A DNA stretch of 48,498 nucleotides from Opitutales bacterium (GCA_049599475.1 JBMYOQ010000022.1:1-48498); one strand, 5' to 3'. Positions 17,064 through 27,042 are shown, numbered from the stretch's first letter. The notes: generated by a model not told the origin, from the letters alone. Numbers and translations: made by a program.

Positions 17064-18830
17064 ATGAATTTTCCTTACATTCCAGAAGATGCACCTTTCA
17101 ACGAAGGCCAACGCCAATGGCTAGGAGGCTTCTTCGCCGGCATGAACTCACGTCTGTTGAGTGCTGGGAAGGATGACTCTGCATCTGGAGCCAGTGGAGC
17201 CAAACCACTCACCATCCTTTATGGCACACAAACGGGTAATGCCGAAGGTCTTGCCCAAGAAGCCGCTGAAAGTGCTGCTGGATTTGGCATGCAAGCCCAA
17301 GTATTCGGCATGGACGAGATCGAAGCCGAAGCCCTTCCAGGCCTCGAGCGCCTACTGATCGTCACCAGTACCTATGGCGACGGTGAAATGCCCGACAATG
17401 CCATCGCCCTTTGGGAAGCCGTTCAGGAAGAAGGCATGAGCCGTATGGAAGACACCCATTACGCGATCCTCGCGCTGGGAGACACAAGCTATGACCTTTT
17501 CTGCCAAGCCGGTAAGGATTGGGAAAAACGCCTGGACGATCTCGGTGCCAAAAAGCTTTTGGACCGTGTCGATTGCGATCTCGAGTTCGAAGAACCCTTC
17601 GCTCAGTGGCTCGAAGAAGTCATGCCAGAGGTCGCCAAGATTGGCGGCACCGGGGGCGCGGTCGCTGCTCCGGCGCAAGGCGGTGCGAAGCTTCCACCCA
17701 AGTCTAAGTGGACCAAGAAAAATCCTTTCCCAGCCAAGCTCACCAAGAACCTCACCCTCACAGATCCAGAGTCTTCCAAGGAGACACGCCACTATGAGAT
17801 CTCACTGGAAGGTTCAGATATTACTTACGAAGTTGGGGACGCCTTGGGCGTTATCCCAACAAACTGCCCAGAATTGGTCGACGCGATCATCTCGGCTCTC
17901 GGTGTAGATCCACGTGCTCAGGTTGTAGCTACGGACGATGAGAAGAAGCCCCTGGCGGATGCCCTGTTCTCTGATTTTGAGATCAAACTCCCGAGCAAAG
18001 AGCTTCTCGCGGCGATCGCTGAACGCTCTGCTGATGCTGAGCTGAACAAGCTTCTCGAGCCCGCAAATAAGAGTGCGTTGAACGACTTTCTCTGGGGTCG
18101 CGACACGATCGATCTTCTGCTTGAATATCCAACTGCGACCTTCACGGCTGAAGAATTTGTTGCGCTGCTCAAGCGCATCCAGCCACGCCTCTACTCGATC
18201 TCTTCAAGTATCGCGAAGCATCCCGGCGAGGTTCACCTCACAGTCGCGAGCGTGCGCTACGAATCACAGGGTAACGGCAAGAAAGGGGTGTGCTCCACTT
18301 TCCTAGCAGATCGCGTTTCGCAAGAGACCGATGTCCTCTGCTACCCAGCTCCAAATAAGAACTTTGGGGTGCCTGCAGATGAGAATGCTCCCATGATCAT
18401 GGTCGGGCCTGGTACCGGAGTTGCGCCATTCCGCGCCTTCCTGGAAGAGCGCGATATTCGCAAGTCTCCAGGTAAAAACTGGCTCTTCTTCGGCGAGCGC
18501 AATAAGGCTAAAGACTTCTTCTACGAGGACGAACTCTCAGACCTCCAAGAGCGCGGCGTGTTGACGAAGCTCGATCTCGCTTTCTCGCGCGACCAAGAGG
18601 AAAAGATCTACGTCCAAGATCGCATGCGTCAAAGCGGTAAGGAGCTTTACCAGTGGCTCGAAGAAGGCGGTTACTTCTTCGTCTGTGGTGACGCCTACCG
18701 CATGGCCAAGGATGTCGACAAGGCGCTTCACGATATTATCGCTGAGCACGGCGGTAAATCTGAAGAAGAAGCGAAGAAGTACGTCCAAGAGCTCTCGAAA
18801 GCTAAGCGCTACGTCCGAGACGTCTACTAA
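17064..18830 (+). CDS. CysJ-like NADPH-dependent diflavin (FMN/FAD) reductase
   Basis: Flavodoxin domain (YGTQTGNAE, TSTYGDGE, LALGDTSY.LFC), FAD domain (PRLYSISSS, GVCSTFL), NADPH domain (MVGPGTGVAPFR, AFSRDQ..KIYVQ, VCGDA..MAKDV, RYVRDVY). Confidence 0.93.
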   Translation: MNFPYIPEDAPFNEGQRQWLGGFFAGMNSRLLSAGKDDSASGASGAKPLTILYGTQTGNAEGLAQEAAESAAGFGMQAQVFGMDEIEAEALPGLERLLIVTSTYGDGEMPDNAIALWEAVQEEGMSRMEDTHYAILALGDTSYDLFCQAGKDWEKRLDDLGAKKLLDRVDCDLEFEEPFAQWLEEVMPEVAKIGGTGGAVAAPAQGGAKLPPKSKWTKKNPFPAKLTKNLTLTDPESSKETRHYEISLEGSDITYEVGDALGVIPTNCPELVDAIISALGVDPRAQVVATDDEKKPLADALFSDFEIKLPSKELLAAIAERSADAELNKLLEPANKSALNDFLWGRDTIDLLLEYPTATFTAEEFVALLKRIQPRLYSISSSIAKHPGEVHLTVASVRYESQGNGKKGVCSTFLADRVSQETDVLCYPAPNKNFGVPADENAPMIMVGPGTGVAPFRAFLEERDIRKSPGKNWLFFGERNKAKDFFYEDELSDLQERGVLTKLDLAFSRDQEEKIYVQDRMRQSGKELYQWLEEGGYFFVCGDAYRMAKDVDKALHDIIAEHGGKSEEEAKKYVQELSKAKRYVRDVY

Positions 18831-18930
18831 TCCGGATCTTTCTGGCCACTTAGTTTGAAAATGGCCTCTCCGACTGTAGTCTAAAAGGTCTTGGACACAT
18901 TCCTAACCATCTTTAGATTAGTTTGCTAAA

Positions 18931-19542
18931 ATGGGATTTTTCCACCAAGCAGACGATGCATGCCCCTACCCCGAGAAACGAAAGTTGACCGAGGAAGAAG
19001 GGCTAGAACTCGCCGAGAGTATGATTCACGGCGGGGAGTCCACGGCGGGTACTGCCGCGAGCATTCTGATCACCTACCGTTGCGTCGAGCCGCTGATGCA
19101 GGTTTTACGTTCGAATTCTAAGAAGGCCGCACAACTCGCTGAAAATGGAATTTGGGAAATTTGGCACTCCGAAAAGGGCGATGCAGCCCGCAACCGCTTG
19201 GAGAACGGGATGCGCCACCTCTCCTGCAATCGGCATTGCGAGGCTATTCAAATTTTCCAAGAACTGATGCACGCTTACCCTGACTGGATCGAGCCACGCT
19301 TCAAGGCGGCCACTGTATTGTTTTTCAAAGAACGCCTCAGCGACTGTGTCGAGCTCTGTAAGACCATAGTCGACAAAGCACCTCAGCACTTTGGAGCCTG
19401 GCATACGATCGCGATGTGTGCCCTGCAGCTCGGCGAATGCTGTGCCGCTCGCGTAGCCATTGAAAAGGTGCTCGAGCTGAACCCGCATTCCCAGTCAAAC
19501 CGAGAGTTGATCGAATACTTGAAGCAAATCGAAAATTGCTGA
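18931..19542 (+). CDS. TPR-repeat protein, Cys-rich
   Basis: TPR patterns (YPDWIEP, APQHFGAW, VLELNPH); 10 Cys in 203 aa. Confidence 0.8.
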   Translation: MGFFHQADDACPYPEKRKLTEEEGLELAESMIHGGESTAGTAASILITYRCVEPLMQVLRSNSKKAAQLAENGIWEIWHSEKGDAARNRLENGMRHLSCNRHCEAIQIFQELMHAYPDWIEPRFKAATVLFFKERLSDCVELCKTIVDKAPQHFGAWHTIAMCALQLGECCAARVAIEKVLELNPHSQSNRELIEYLKQIENC

Positions 19543-19559
19543 AAGCCGAGTTCGCGGGA

Positions 19560-20753
19560 CTACTTGAGCAGCCGCGTTCGAGGCCCCTTTCGAAGAAACT
19601 GAAGGGTGACTACGGTCCCAACGCCAGGACGGCTATCGATTCCGATCTTGGCGCCATGCTCCCGCATAATACGCTGCACGATCATCATCCCCAGGCCATG
19701 GCCTGAGCTCTTTGTCGTGAAGTAGGGATTAAACACTTTTGCAAGATCGTCTGCTTCAATACCCACTCCGGTATCTCGGAATTGAAGGAACACATAGGTG
19801 TCGTCGTGACTCGCTCGAATCACAATGTGGCCTCCACGCTCGGTGGCCTCCATCCCGTTTTTCAGCACATTAAAAAGTACCTGGTGGATCTGTTGGCGGT
19901 CGCCTAATATTTTCGGGACCTCCGAGGGGACCTCTACGTCGACCTCGAGACCCAAGTTGCCAAGCTCCTCCTCTTGAAGATCCAAGACCTGCTGCAATAC
20001 ATCAAAGATCTGCAGCTCGGCCATGTCTGCCTCCCGCGGACGCACGGCATCCAGGAAATTTTCAATGATACCATCGAGACGGGTGACCTCGCTTGAGCAT
20101 ATTCCAAGCGATTTGCGCAGGCGCTTGGTCTCTGCTTCGGGAGCCCCTTTCTCTTCGAGGGCAGCGAGGCGGCGCTCCATCAGCTGAAGGTGAATCGTGA
20201 GGCTGTTCAACGGGTTGCCAAGCTCATGGGCGACCCCTGCAGCCAGATTCATGATCGAGGCAATTTTCTCGTTTTCAATCAACTCCTCAGTGCTCGCTTT
20301 TTCTTCAGAAATATCTGAGAGGATCACCGCAAACCCCCGTTGATCGTCAGCTCCGACGCTTTCGAGCACCGGCACCATCAGCAGCCGCACGAAGCGTCGA
20401 TCCGGATAGGTCAGTTCAATTTCTCGAGAGATCACCTGGGACTCCTCAGGCTCGGTCTCATCGATGATTGCCGAGTCCAGGGAGCGGGCCAAATCCGGCA
20501 CCATTTTCCAAAGAACCGCTTTCCCAATCTCCGAGGTTCTTAGGCCGATCAAGTGAGCTCCTGCGGTGTTGGCAAATTGAATGATGCCCGCGGTATCGAT
20601 AACCAGCACTCCGTCTTGAATAGAGTTGAAGACAGTCTCCAACAGTCGACGTTCGCGAGCCAAGCGCTGGACCAAGGCCGCGAGATTGGCGCTGTCTAGA
20701 TCGTCTAGACGGCCTAAAATGCGATCAAGCGTGGACTGTTTGCGAGGTGCCAT
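19560..20753 (-). CDS. Cytoplasmic PAS-domain sensor histidine kinase
   Basis: PAS (DGVLVIDTAGII.FAN), H-box AGVAHELGNPL, QVLFNVLKNG, DTGVGI, FNPYFTTK..GHGLG. Confidence 0.93.
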   Translation of the reverse strand: MAPRKQSTLDRILGRLDDLDSANLAALVQRLARERRLLETVFNSIQDGVLVIDTAGIIQFANTAGAHLIGLRTSEIGKAVLWKMVPDLARSLDSAIIDETEPEESQVISREIELTYPDRRFVRLLMVPVLESVGADDQRGFAVILSDISEEKASTEELIENEKIASIMNLAAGVAHELGNPLNSLTIHLQLMERRLAALEEKGAPEAETKRLRKSLGICSSEVTRLDGIIENFLDAVRPREADMAELQIFDVLQQVLDLQEEELGNLGLEVDVEVPSEVPKILGDRQQIHQVLFNVLKNGMEATERGGHIVIRASHDDTYVFLQFRDTGVGIEADDLAKVFNPYFTTKSSGHGLGMMIVQRIMREHGAKIGIDSRPGVGTVVTLQFLRKGPRTRLLK

Positions 20754-20770
20754 GGGGAATCGGTAGTTTT

Positions 20771-21442
20771 TTAGGCCTGCAGACTGGCGCGGCGCTCCAA
20801 CACAACGGGTTCGAAAATCTCGAGGAGTACTGCTGCCATTTCCTTCTTGGAAGCTAGCGCCATCGGATAACTCTCGCCAGATCGAGCCATGACGACCCCT
20901 TCATTGTCCTCAGCACCAAAGCCCCCTTGCTGCCCTCCAATTTGGTTAGCCACGATGAAATCAAGATCCTTACGTTCCAGTTTGTCCTTAGCATACATCT
21001 CAATGTCGTGGGTCTCAGCTGCAAAGCCTACCATGAGTTGACTGACCTTGCGCTCGGACATGGTCGCAAGAATATCCGTAGTGCCCTCAAATGCGATTTC
21101 CATCTCGGCCTCACTTTTCTTTACCTTGCGATCAAATTGCTTCACCGGGCGAAAATCCATTACGGCAGCCGTCGAAATAAAGATGTCGCATGGGTCAAAC
21201 AGCGCATCGACCGCATTAAACATTTCTTCTCCAGTCTCCACAGGATAGCGGATCACAGAATCCGGCTCCACCAGGGATACTGGGCCACTCACCAGATCAA
21301 CAGACCACCCTCGCTCCACCGCGGCCTCCGCGAGGGCAAAGCCCATTTTCCCCGACGACGGGTTGCTGATAAAACGCACCGGGTCGATATATTCGCGCGT
21401 CGGTCCCGCAGTGATAAGGCAGCGTATGGGTATGGAATTCAT
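20771..21442 (-). CDS. coaB: Phosphopantothenate-cysteine ligase (stand-alone CoaB domain)
   Basis: [52 protein letters not shown]. Confidence 0.92.
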   Translation of the reverse strand: MNSIPIRCLITAGPTREYIDPVRFISNPSSGKMGFALAEAAVERGWSVDLVSGPVSLVEPDSVIRYPVETGEEMFNAVDALFDPCDIFISTAAVMDFRPVKQFDRKVKKSEAEMEIAFEGTTDILATMSERKVSQLMVGFAAETHDIEMYAKDKLERKDLDFIVANQIGGQQGGFGAEDNEGVVMARSGESYPMALASKKEMAAVLLEIFEPVVLERRASLQA

Positions 21443-21500
21443 CGGATTAGAAGACTAATGCAATTTACACGCTCTTGAAAATGACTTTGTTTGGCGATCT

Positions 21501-22223
21501 ATGTCAGACGCGCCTCAGCCGGAATCTAGTTCAAAAGAAATCCCTCAGCAGGAGAACCTAATGCTCAACTTGGGCATGAATCTAATTCTACCGGTACTGA
21601 TCCTGAATAAAGGAAAGGACTGGCTGGACCTGTCTCCCAGTATCATCCTGGTGGTTGCTCTGGCATTCCCACTCGGATACGGGATCTACGATTTCGCAAC
21701 ACGTAAGAAGTTCAATTTCTTTTCCATAATCGGATTTGTGTCCGTGCTCCTCACAGGAGGAATCGGCCTCATGGAGCTTGATAATCGCTGGCTCGCCATC
21801 AAAGAGGCGGCGATTCCCGGCATTTTCGCGATTGTTATCGCAGGCAGTGCCTTTACACGAAAGCCTCTAGTCAAAGCTTTCATGCTGAACCCTGAGCTAA
21901 TGGACGTCGACCGTATCGATAAATCCATACATACTGAAGAAGATCGGCTGGCTCTGGACAAACTTTTGACTCGGGGCACTTGGTATTTGGCAGCGTCTTT
22001 CGTCGTGAGCGCCATTCTCAATTACGTATTGGCCACCATGATCGTTACCAGTGCACCTGGAACCGATGCATACAACGCAGAGCTTGGTAAACTTCAACTC
22101 GTGAGCTTCGGAGTCATCATGATCCCTTCAATGATCATGCTTGGATATACTGGATATTATATCTTTTCTGGGATCAAGAAGCTGACCGGGCTCGGACTTG
22201 AGGATCTGTTCTACCAGAGGTAA
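21501..22223 (+). CDS. VC0807-family (YciB/IspZ-like) membrane protein
   Basis: ALAFPLGYG, SVLLTGGIGL, WLAIKEAAIP, SAILNYVLA..IV.S.PGT.AYN.ELG motifs; multiple TMs. Confidence 0.75.
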   Translation: MSDAPQPESSSKEIPQQENLMLNLGMNLILPVLILNKGKDWLDLSPSIILVVALAFPLGYGIYDFATRKKFNFFSIIGFVSVLLTGGIGLMELDNRWLAIKEAAIPGIFAIVIAGSAFTRKPLVKAFMLNPELMDVDRIDKSIHTEEDRLALDKLLTRGTWYLAASFVVSAILNYVLATMIVTSAPGTDAYNAELGKLQLVSFGVIMIPSMIMLGYTGYYIFSGIKKLTGLGLEDLFYQR

Positions 22224-22278
22224 TTACGAAAGACCAAAAGAGTATCTGGATAATTGCCATACAGAACGAAACCCGATC

Positions 22279-25200
22279 CTACACCGATTGATTCGCCAAG
22301 GTTTCTACGCGCTCGGCGAGTTCTGATAGCTTAACCGGTTTCGAGATATAATCGTCCGCACCTTCCTTAAGGCATGTCTCTCGATCGCCTTCCATCGCCA
22401 AGGCAGTCATCGCAATAATTCCCAAGCGCGCGCCATCGGGATCGCGGCGAATAGCACGCATAGCCTCATAGCCATCCATTATGGGCATTTGTATGTCCAT
22501 CAACACGACATCGGGCTTTAAACCAATGGCTTTCTCAACCGCTGCCTTCCCATCCGATGCAGTTAACACCTGGTAGCCACAGCTCACAAGGTAGTCCTTT
22601 ACCAGCGTCTGGTTCTTCAAGTGATCGTCGACAACTAAGACCACCTTCTTATCTCCAATAGACGAATCGAATGCAAACGGACTACGACTCTTTTTGTCAT
22701 ACACAATGCCATCTGTCCTCAAGTTAAACCGCGGTGCCGGAACCACTACAGAAAACTGACTGCCAACCCCGAGTTCGCTCTTTACCTCGATACGCCCCCC
22801 ATGTAACTCAGCGAACTCTCGTGCGAGCGACAAACCTAGACCACTACCCTCCCGGCGTCGGGTATTGCCTCCATCCAGTTGAACGAAGGGCTGGAAGAGT
22901 TTTGTATGATCTTTTGCAGGGATACCAGGACCCGTGTCGGTTATCGCAAAGGTCATTTCGTCTTCGAGATCATCATGACTCACGTCAAAAGTGACCACTC
23001 CATTTTTAGGCGTGAAGTCCAGAGCGTTCCCCAACAAATTTACAATGATCTGGCGAAAGCGTCGCTTGTCCAACTCGACATAGTCTAGCCCAGGATTCAA
23101 CTTCAGGCTTAGATCAATTCCGTCCTGTTTGGCTTGTTCCTGAAATGCATCCAAAATTCCCCTACAGAAATCTTTTACTACAACACGCTCTCGCCTGATT
23201 TCCATTTTCCCGGCCTCGATCTTCGAGAGGTCAAGCACGTCGTTAATTAGCGCAAGCAGGTGCAGACCGCTATCTTCAAGCGTCTTAAGAGACTTACGCT
23301 GCCCGTTATTCAACTCACCATAAATGTCTGACAAGAGCGCTTCAGTGAGCATTAAGATAGAATTGAGGGGCGTCCGTAATTCGTGACTCATCGTGGCTAC
23401 GAACTGACTTTTTAACTCTGATGATTTGAGCAGTGCATCGGTCTGCGCGACGAGTTCCCCCTGGACTTCGAGGCTCTCAGAAAGGTCAACAAAAATACAG
23501 GTGACAAACTCTTCGTCCTCAAAGAACACGTGTTTAAACCTCACTTCAAATACGCGAGAGGCTTTGGCATCGCCCGCACTCGAAATTTTGATCTCACGGG
23601 ATTCTACATCAGAATTACCTAAGCGCACCATGAGGTGTGCCCAATTATCAGGGCCCCATGGATTGGAATCCGTAGGATCGGTCCAAAGGTAATACACGGT
23701 AGCCCCCGGATGAAGTGAAAGCTCCGCAGTACCAGCATCATTAATATAAACGACCGAGCCATCTTTGCGCACCATCACAGTCGGGATGTCGATGTGATTG
23801 AGCGCTGAGCGCAACAGTGCCGAGCTCTGCTCCGCTCTCCGACGTTCGTCAGACTCCAACTTAAGCGCCTTCTCACGATCTGAAAGCACTCCGCGCTGGT
23901 GCGTTAGTTCTATAGACAAGGCTTCTTTCTCTCGGACAGATGCCAGATGCTCCTGCTTCTCAAATGTAGTTTCTGATACAAGACAGACCCAGTGCAAATG
24001 TTCCAAACTAGGACCCGAGATAGGAGTAAACGATGAACGCATCCAGCGCCGGGCACCATCAGCTCCCGTCACTTCTACTTCGAGGCTACCCGCACGGCCA
24101 CCCAGCAACAGTGTATCCAAACGCTCAACACTTTGAGAATCGGCTCCATGCCCTATAATGTGGGCGAGATGCTTCCCAAGAATATGGTCACGCGGCATTC
24201 CGTAGTAGCGACAGAAGCTCTCATTGCAATAGACAACCGGCGCCCGAATTTTATCAGCACGCGCAATAACGACCCCACTCGATGTTGATTCAAATGCAGC
24301 CTGGTGGATGCGCAGGTCTCGCTCGGCTTTATGACGATCTGAAATATCAGTACAAGCCCCGAAAAATCCTTTAAAATTCCCGTTCTCGTCTCGATGTGGA
24401 TGTCCTTTTTCTAAAATCCAGCAGTATTTCCCTTCTGCGTTTCTCAAGCGATAAATATGCTCGAACGATTCGCGCTTATCGGAATATGTTTTTAGACGGT
24501 CGACTACAGATTCGCGCTCGTCTGGGTGTAAGCCTTCAAGCCATCCTCCACCATCTTCGCTCTCAGAAGGAGCCCCACGGAAAGATAACCATGTTTTATT
24601 GAAAATAATGCGTTCCGATAAAGCTTCCTGGGACTGCCATATTAACACCGGCACGGAATCGAGCACATTTTTGTAATAATCGTGAGCACGCTGCAGCGCC
24701 TGAGTTTGCCGGATCTCAATAAGCTCTCCTCGCAGGCGCATTAAAACGAGCCGCATCACCCCTTCCGTGTAGAAGGGATCGAGAATCGGTTTTTTTGATA
24801 CAATCACGCACACTCCCATGACCGCGTTGACCTCATCTCGCATAGTCATCCCAATCATCGAACGCACCCAATGCAGCTCGGGATTCGCAGTCGCCGGGAA
24901 GTCCCTTAGGTATGTGATGCAGACACTATTCACCAGCTCGGCCCAGAGGTCATCGTCGAGGTTGAGGCTGTTGGGCAATGAAAAAGCTTCGTCATCACCG
25001 ACCTCGGACGCCGCGATGACCTTCAAGACATTCGGGTCATGTAGTGAGTCTGTTGCAAGAAATACGCGTGAATCATCGAGCAAGGACGACATACAGTCGA
25101 CTGCCTTGTCGATGAGATCATCGCCGCTTAGACCAGATAGTGAGGTGACGACTTCGTGAAGTTGCTCACCACGCTCACCACGTAGGGTACGATCAACAGC

Positions 25201-25677
25201 AGTGATTACTCGACCAATCGGATTTTCGTCTCCCGATTCAGAGTCACTTTGAAAAATATGTACCCAGCCCTCGATCGTGCGATTTACGTAGGGCCCATTC
25301 GAAAAGTTATGTACGAACTCTCCACTGCCGAGCGCACTGAGGCTCGCATCCAGATCCTCTAAATTCATTCCTTCTATAGCAATTTCGCCATCAGGAGAGA
25401 ACCATTCCTTGCTCGCGGTATTGGCCCGCACGATAACACCCCGCGCATCCACTGCGATCCACAAGCGCGCTCCTGTCCGATAGAGGGGCTCGGTAGCGCG
25501 CGCCCATGCATTAAATTTCTCATCATCATCGACATGGAGCCCTTTCGAAGCACCTCGAAACCTCCAAAGAATCACCCCCACCAGCGCGACCATTCCGATC
25601 ACGTGCACACCGATCAGCATATTCCACCATGCGGCATCACTGATCAGTATTAGGGCTTCGGGGTATCTTTGATGCAT
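22279..25677 (-). CDS. Hybrid sensor kinase: TM, multiple PAS/GAF-like domains, HisKA, HATPase, receiver
   Basis: LHPDER PAS_3, SQFVATMSHELRTPLN, NLLGNA, DTGPGI, GSGLGL, receiver VLVVDD / LMDIQMP / DDYISKP. Confidence 0.95.
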   Translation of the reverse strand: MHQRYPEALILISDAAWWNMLIGVHVIGMVALVGVILWRFRGASKGLHVDDDEKFNAWARATEPLYRTGARLWIAVDARGVIVRANTASKEWFSPDGEIAIEGMNLEDLDASLSALGSGEFVHNFSNGPYVNRTIEGWVHIFQSDSESGDENPIGRVITAVDRTLRGERGEQLHEVVTSLSGLSGDDLIDKAVDCMSSLLDDSRVFLATDSLHDPNVLKVIAASEVGDDEAFSLPNSLNLDDDLWAELVNSVCITYLRDFPATANPELHWVRSMIGMTMRDEVNAVMGVCVIVSKKPILDPFYTEGVMRLVLMRLRGELIEIRQTQALQRAHDYYKNVLDSVPVLIWQSQEALSERIIFNKTWLSFRGAPSESEDGGGWLEGLHPDERESVVDRLKTYSDKRESFEHIYRLRNAEGKYCWILEKGHPHRDENGNFKGFFGACTDISDRHKAERDLRIHQAAFESTSSGVVIARADKIRAPVVYCNESFCRYYGMPRDHILGKHLAHIIGHGADSQSVERLDTLLLGGRAGSLEVEVTGADGARRWMRSSFTPISGPSLEHLHWVCLVSETTFEKQEHLASVREKEALSIELTHQRGVLSDREKALKLESDERRRAEQSSALLRSALNHIDIPTVMVRKDGSVVYINDAGTAELSLHPGATVYYLWTDPTDSNPWGPDNWAHLMVRLGNSDVESREIKISSAGDAKASRVFEVRFKHVFFEDEEFVTCIFVDLSESLEVQGELVAQTDALLKSSELKSQFVATMSHELRTPLNSILMLTEALLSDIYGELNNGQRKSLKTLEDSGLHLLALINDVLDLSKIEAGKMEIRRERVVVKDFCRGILDAFQEQAKQDGIDLSLKLNPGLDYVELDKRRFRQIIVNLLGNALDFTPKNGVVTFDVSHDDLEDEMTFAITDTGPGIPAKDHTKLFQPFVQLDGGNTRRREGSGLGLSLAREFAELHGGRIEVKSELGVGSQFSVVVPAPRFNLRTDGIVYDKKSRSPFAFDSSIGDKKVVLVVDDHLKNQTLVKDYLVSCGYQVLTASDGKAAVEKAIGLKPDVVLMDIQMPIMDGYEAMRAIRRDPDGARLGIIAMTALAMEGDRETCLKEGADDYISKPVKLSELAERVETLANQSV

Positions 25678-25699
25678 CTAACGAAAATAATTTTGAATA

Positions 25700-26782
25700 T
25701 CACACTCCGCGCAACTCACTCAGAAACGGGCTTAAGGTTTTCTCCGATTCGACAAATTTCAGCTCTTCCCCGACCAATGTGATGCTCAGCGTGAGAATTT
25801 CCCCCATGTTTAAGCAGGACATAAAGCGACGTTCTGCATAGTGCTCGGCAAGGGCTGACCGCAATTCGTACACTTTTTCCTCGGGACTGATCATTGTCGT
25901 CCGCATGGATGCGAGTAAATCATTCAAGCGATCGGGATTCTGATCGATCCGGCGTTGTAGCATCGCGAGTTCCTCGATGCGGTATTGCTTCGCAGTGGTC
26001 GTATTAATCCGCTGCATACAGTAGTCCACCAGGGGATAATTCTCTTTAAAAAACTGCGGGAGATAGAATTTCTTGATTCCACTATAACTTTGCTGGTCAA
26101 AATCCATCGCCCGAATGCGCACTTGCGACTCCTCAATATCGGGGGTCACATTGACCACAAAGTTGTAAGAGCGCATGTCTCCTAAAAGCTGGATAAAGCA
26201 ACGCGCGTTAAACTTAACCAACTCTTTTGCCAAGCGAACGCCGTTAATATGGGGCCCATCGAGCCAATCTCGGATAAAAACATCGCCAGGCACGCCGACT
26301 ATGTGCTCCTCGATTAAAGTCTCCTTAGCTACTAGATAGTGAATCCTGTAGGGCGACAAAAGGTGCTCAATCTCCAACCCATAGACGCGCGACGCATCCG
26401 CCTTCTTAACATAATAGTAGTCCTGGTTGTCGTTGTGAGAATTTACAATTCGGATCCGGAAAGGCTGGGAATTTCCAAAAGTGCAGAAATCTATCCGATC
26501 CACATAGAGGTGAGACATCCACTTCGAAGCGCGGCCTGCTTTCAAGACCGAGTAAATTCGACACAAGTCTGCATGTAATTTGGGCTGCTCATCAGGACGG
26601 TAAGCCACAGATTGCCAAAGCGTATCCACCCCATTTTCGTCGAGCAGAGGTGCCGCGACATGGAAACCCATTAAGCGCTCATAAGTCACCGAGCCATCCA
26701 AGGCTCTACCGTAATTATGCAGATAAGCTTTGAGCAGATCGTCTAAGGGATAGACGGGCTTTTTTCGCGTGTTGATATCCAT
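25700..26782 (-). CDS. Conserved hypothetical protein with atypical (PI3K/HipA-like) kinase motifs
   Basis: 360-aa ORF; FGNSQPF, YYVKK, LLGDMRSYNF, AMDFD. The ORF is confident; the kinase call is inferred. Confidence 0.75.
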   Translation of the reverse strand: MDINTRKKPVYPLDDLLKAYLHNYGRALDGSVTYERLMGFHVAAPLLDENGVDTLWQSVAYRPDEQPKLHADLCRIYSVLKAGRASKWMSHLYVDRIDFCTFGNSQPFRIRIVNSHNDNQDYYYVKKADASRVYGLEIEHLLSPYRIHYLVAKETLIEEHIVGVPGDVFIRDWLDGPHINGVRLAKELVKFNARCFIQLLGDMRSYNFVVNVTPDIEESQVRIRAMDFDQQSYSGIKKFYLPQFFKENYPLVDYCMQRINTTTAKQYRIEELAMLQRRIDQNPDRLNDLLASMRTTMISPEEKVYELRSALAEHYAERRFMSCLNMGEILTLSITLVGEELKFVESEKTLSPFLSELRGV

Positions 26783-26835
26783 GAAATAGCCGATTGAGAC
26801 CGCTATCTCATACCAACGGAAGCCCTGGGCTCAAC

Positions 26836-27042
26836 TTAATTTGCACACGGCATCATAACACTCTTACCAGCGGATTCGCTACGCTTACACATAGTCTCGG
26901 GATTCTTCTCACAGGCAGCATCTTCAGGTTCAGGCACCGGCAGATGATCCGGACTCAACACAAGAGATCCAACTGGGCTCCAAGGGCCAATCGCGCCGAG
27001 ACTCGAAACGGCGTTTCCACGAATGATTTCTGACCATTTCAT
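26836..27042 (-). CDS. Putative 68-aa small protein coupled to the PNPOx-like gene
   Basis: ATG overlaps the upstream TGA (ATGA) and GGAGGT lies 6 nt before it; translates MKWSEIIRG...VMMPCAN. Confidence 0.45.
   Translation of the reverse strand: MKWSEIIRGNAVSSLGAIGPWSPVGSLVLSPDHLPVPEPEDAACEKNPETMCKRSESAGKSVMMPCAN

Noticed and set aside
17064..18830. Calling the reductase cysJ of sulfate assimilation
   Set aside because: No cysI/cysH/cysDN in the window; the fold is CysJ-like but the partner is unproven, so no gene symbol is given.
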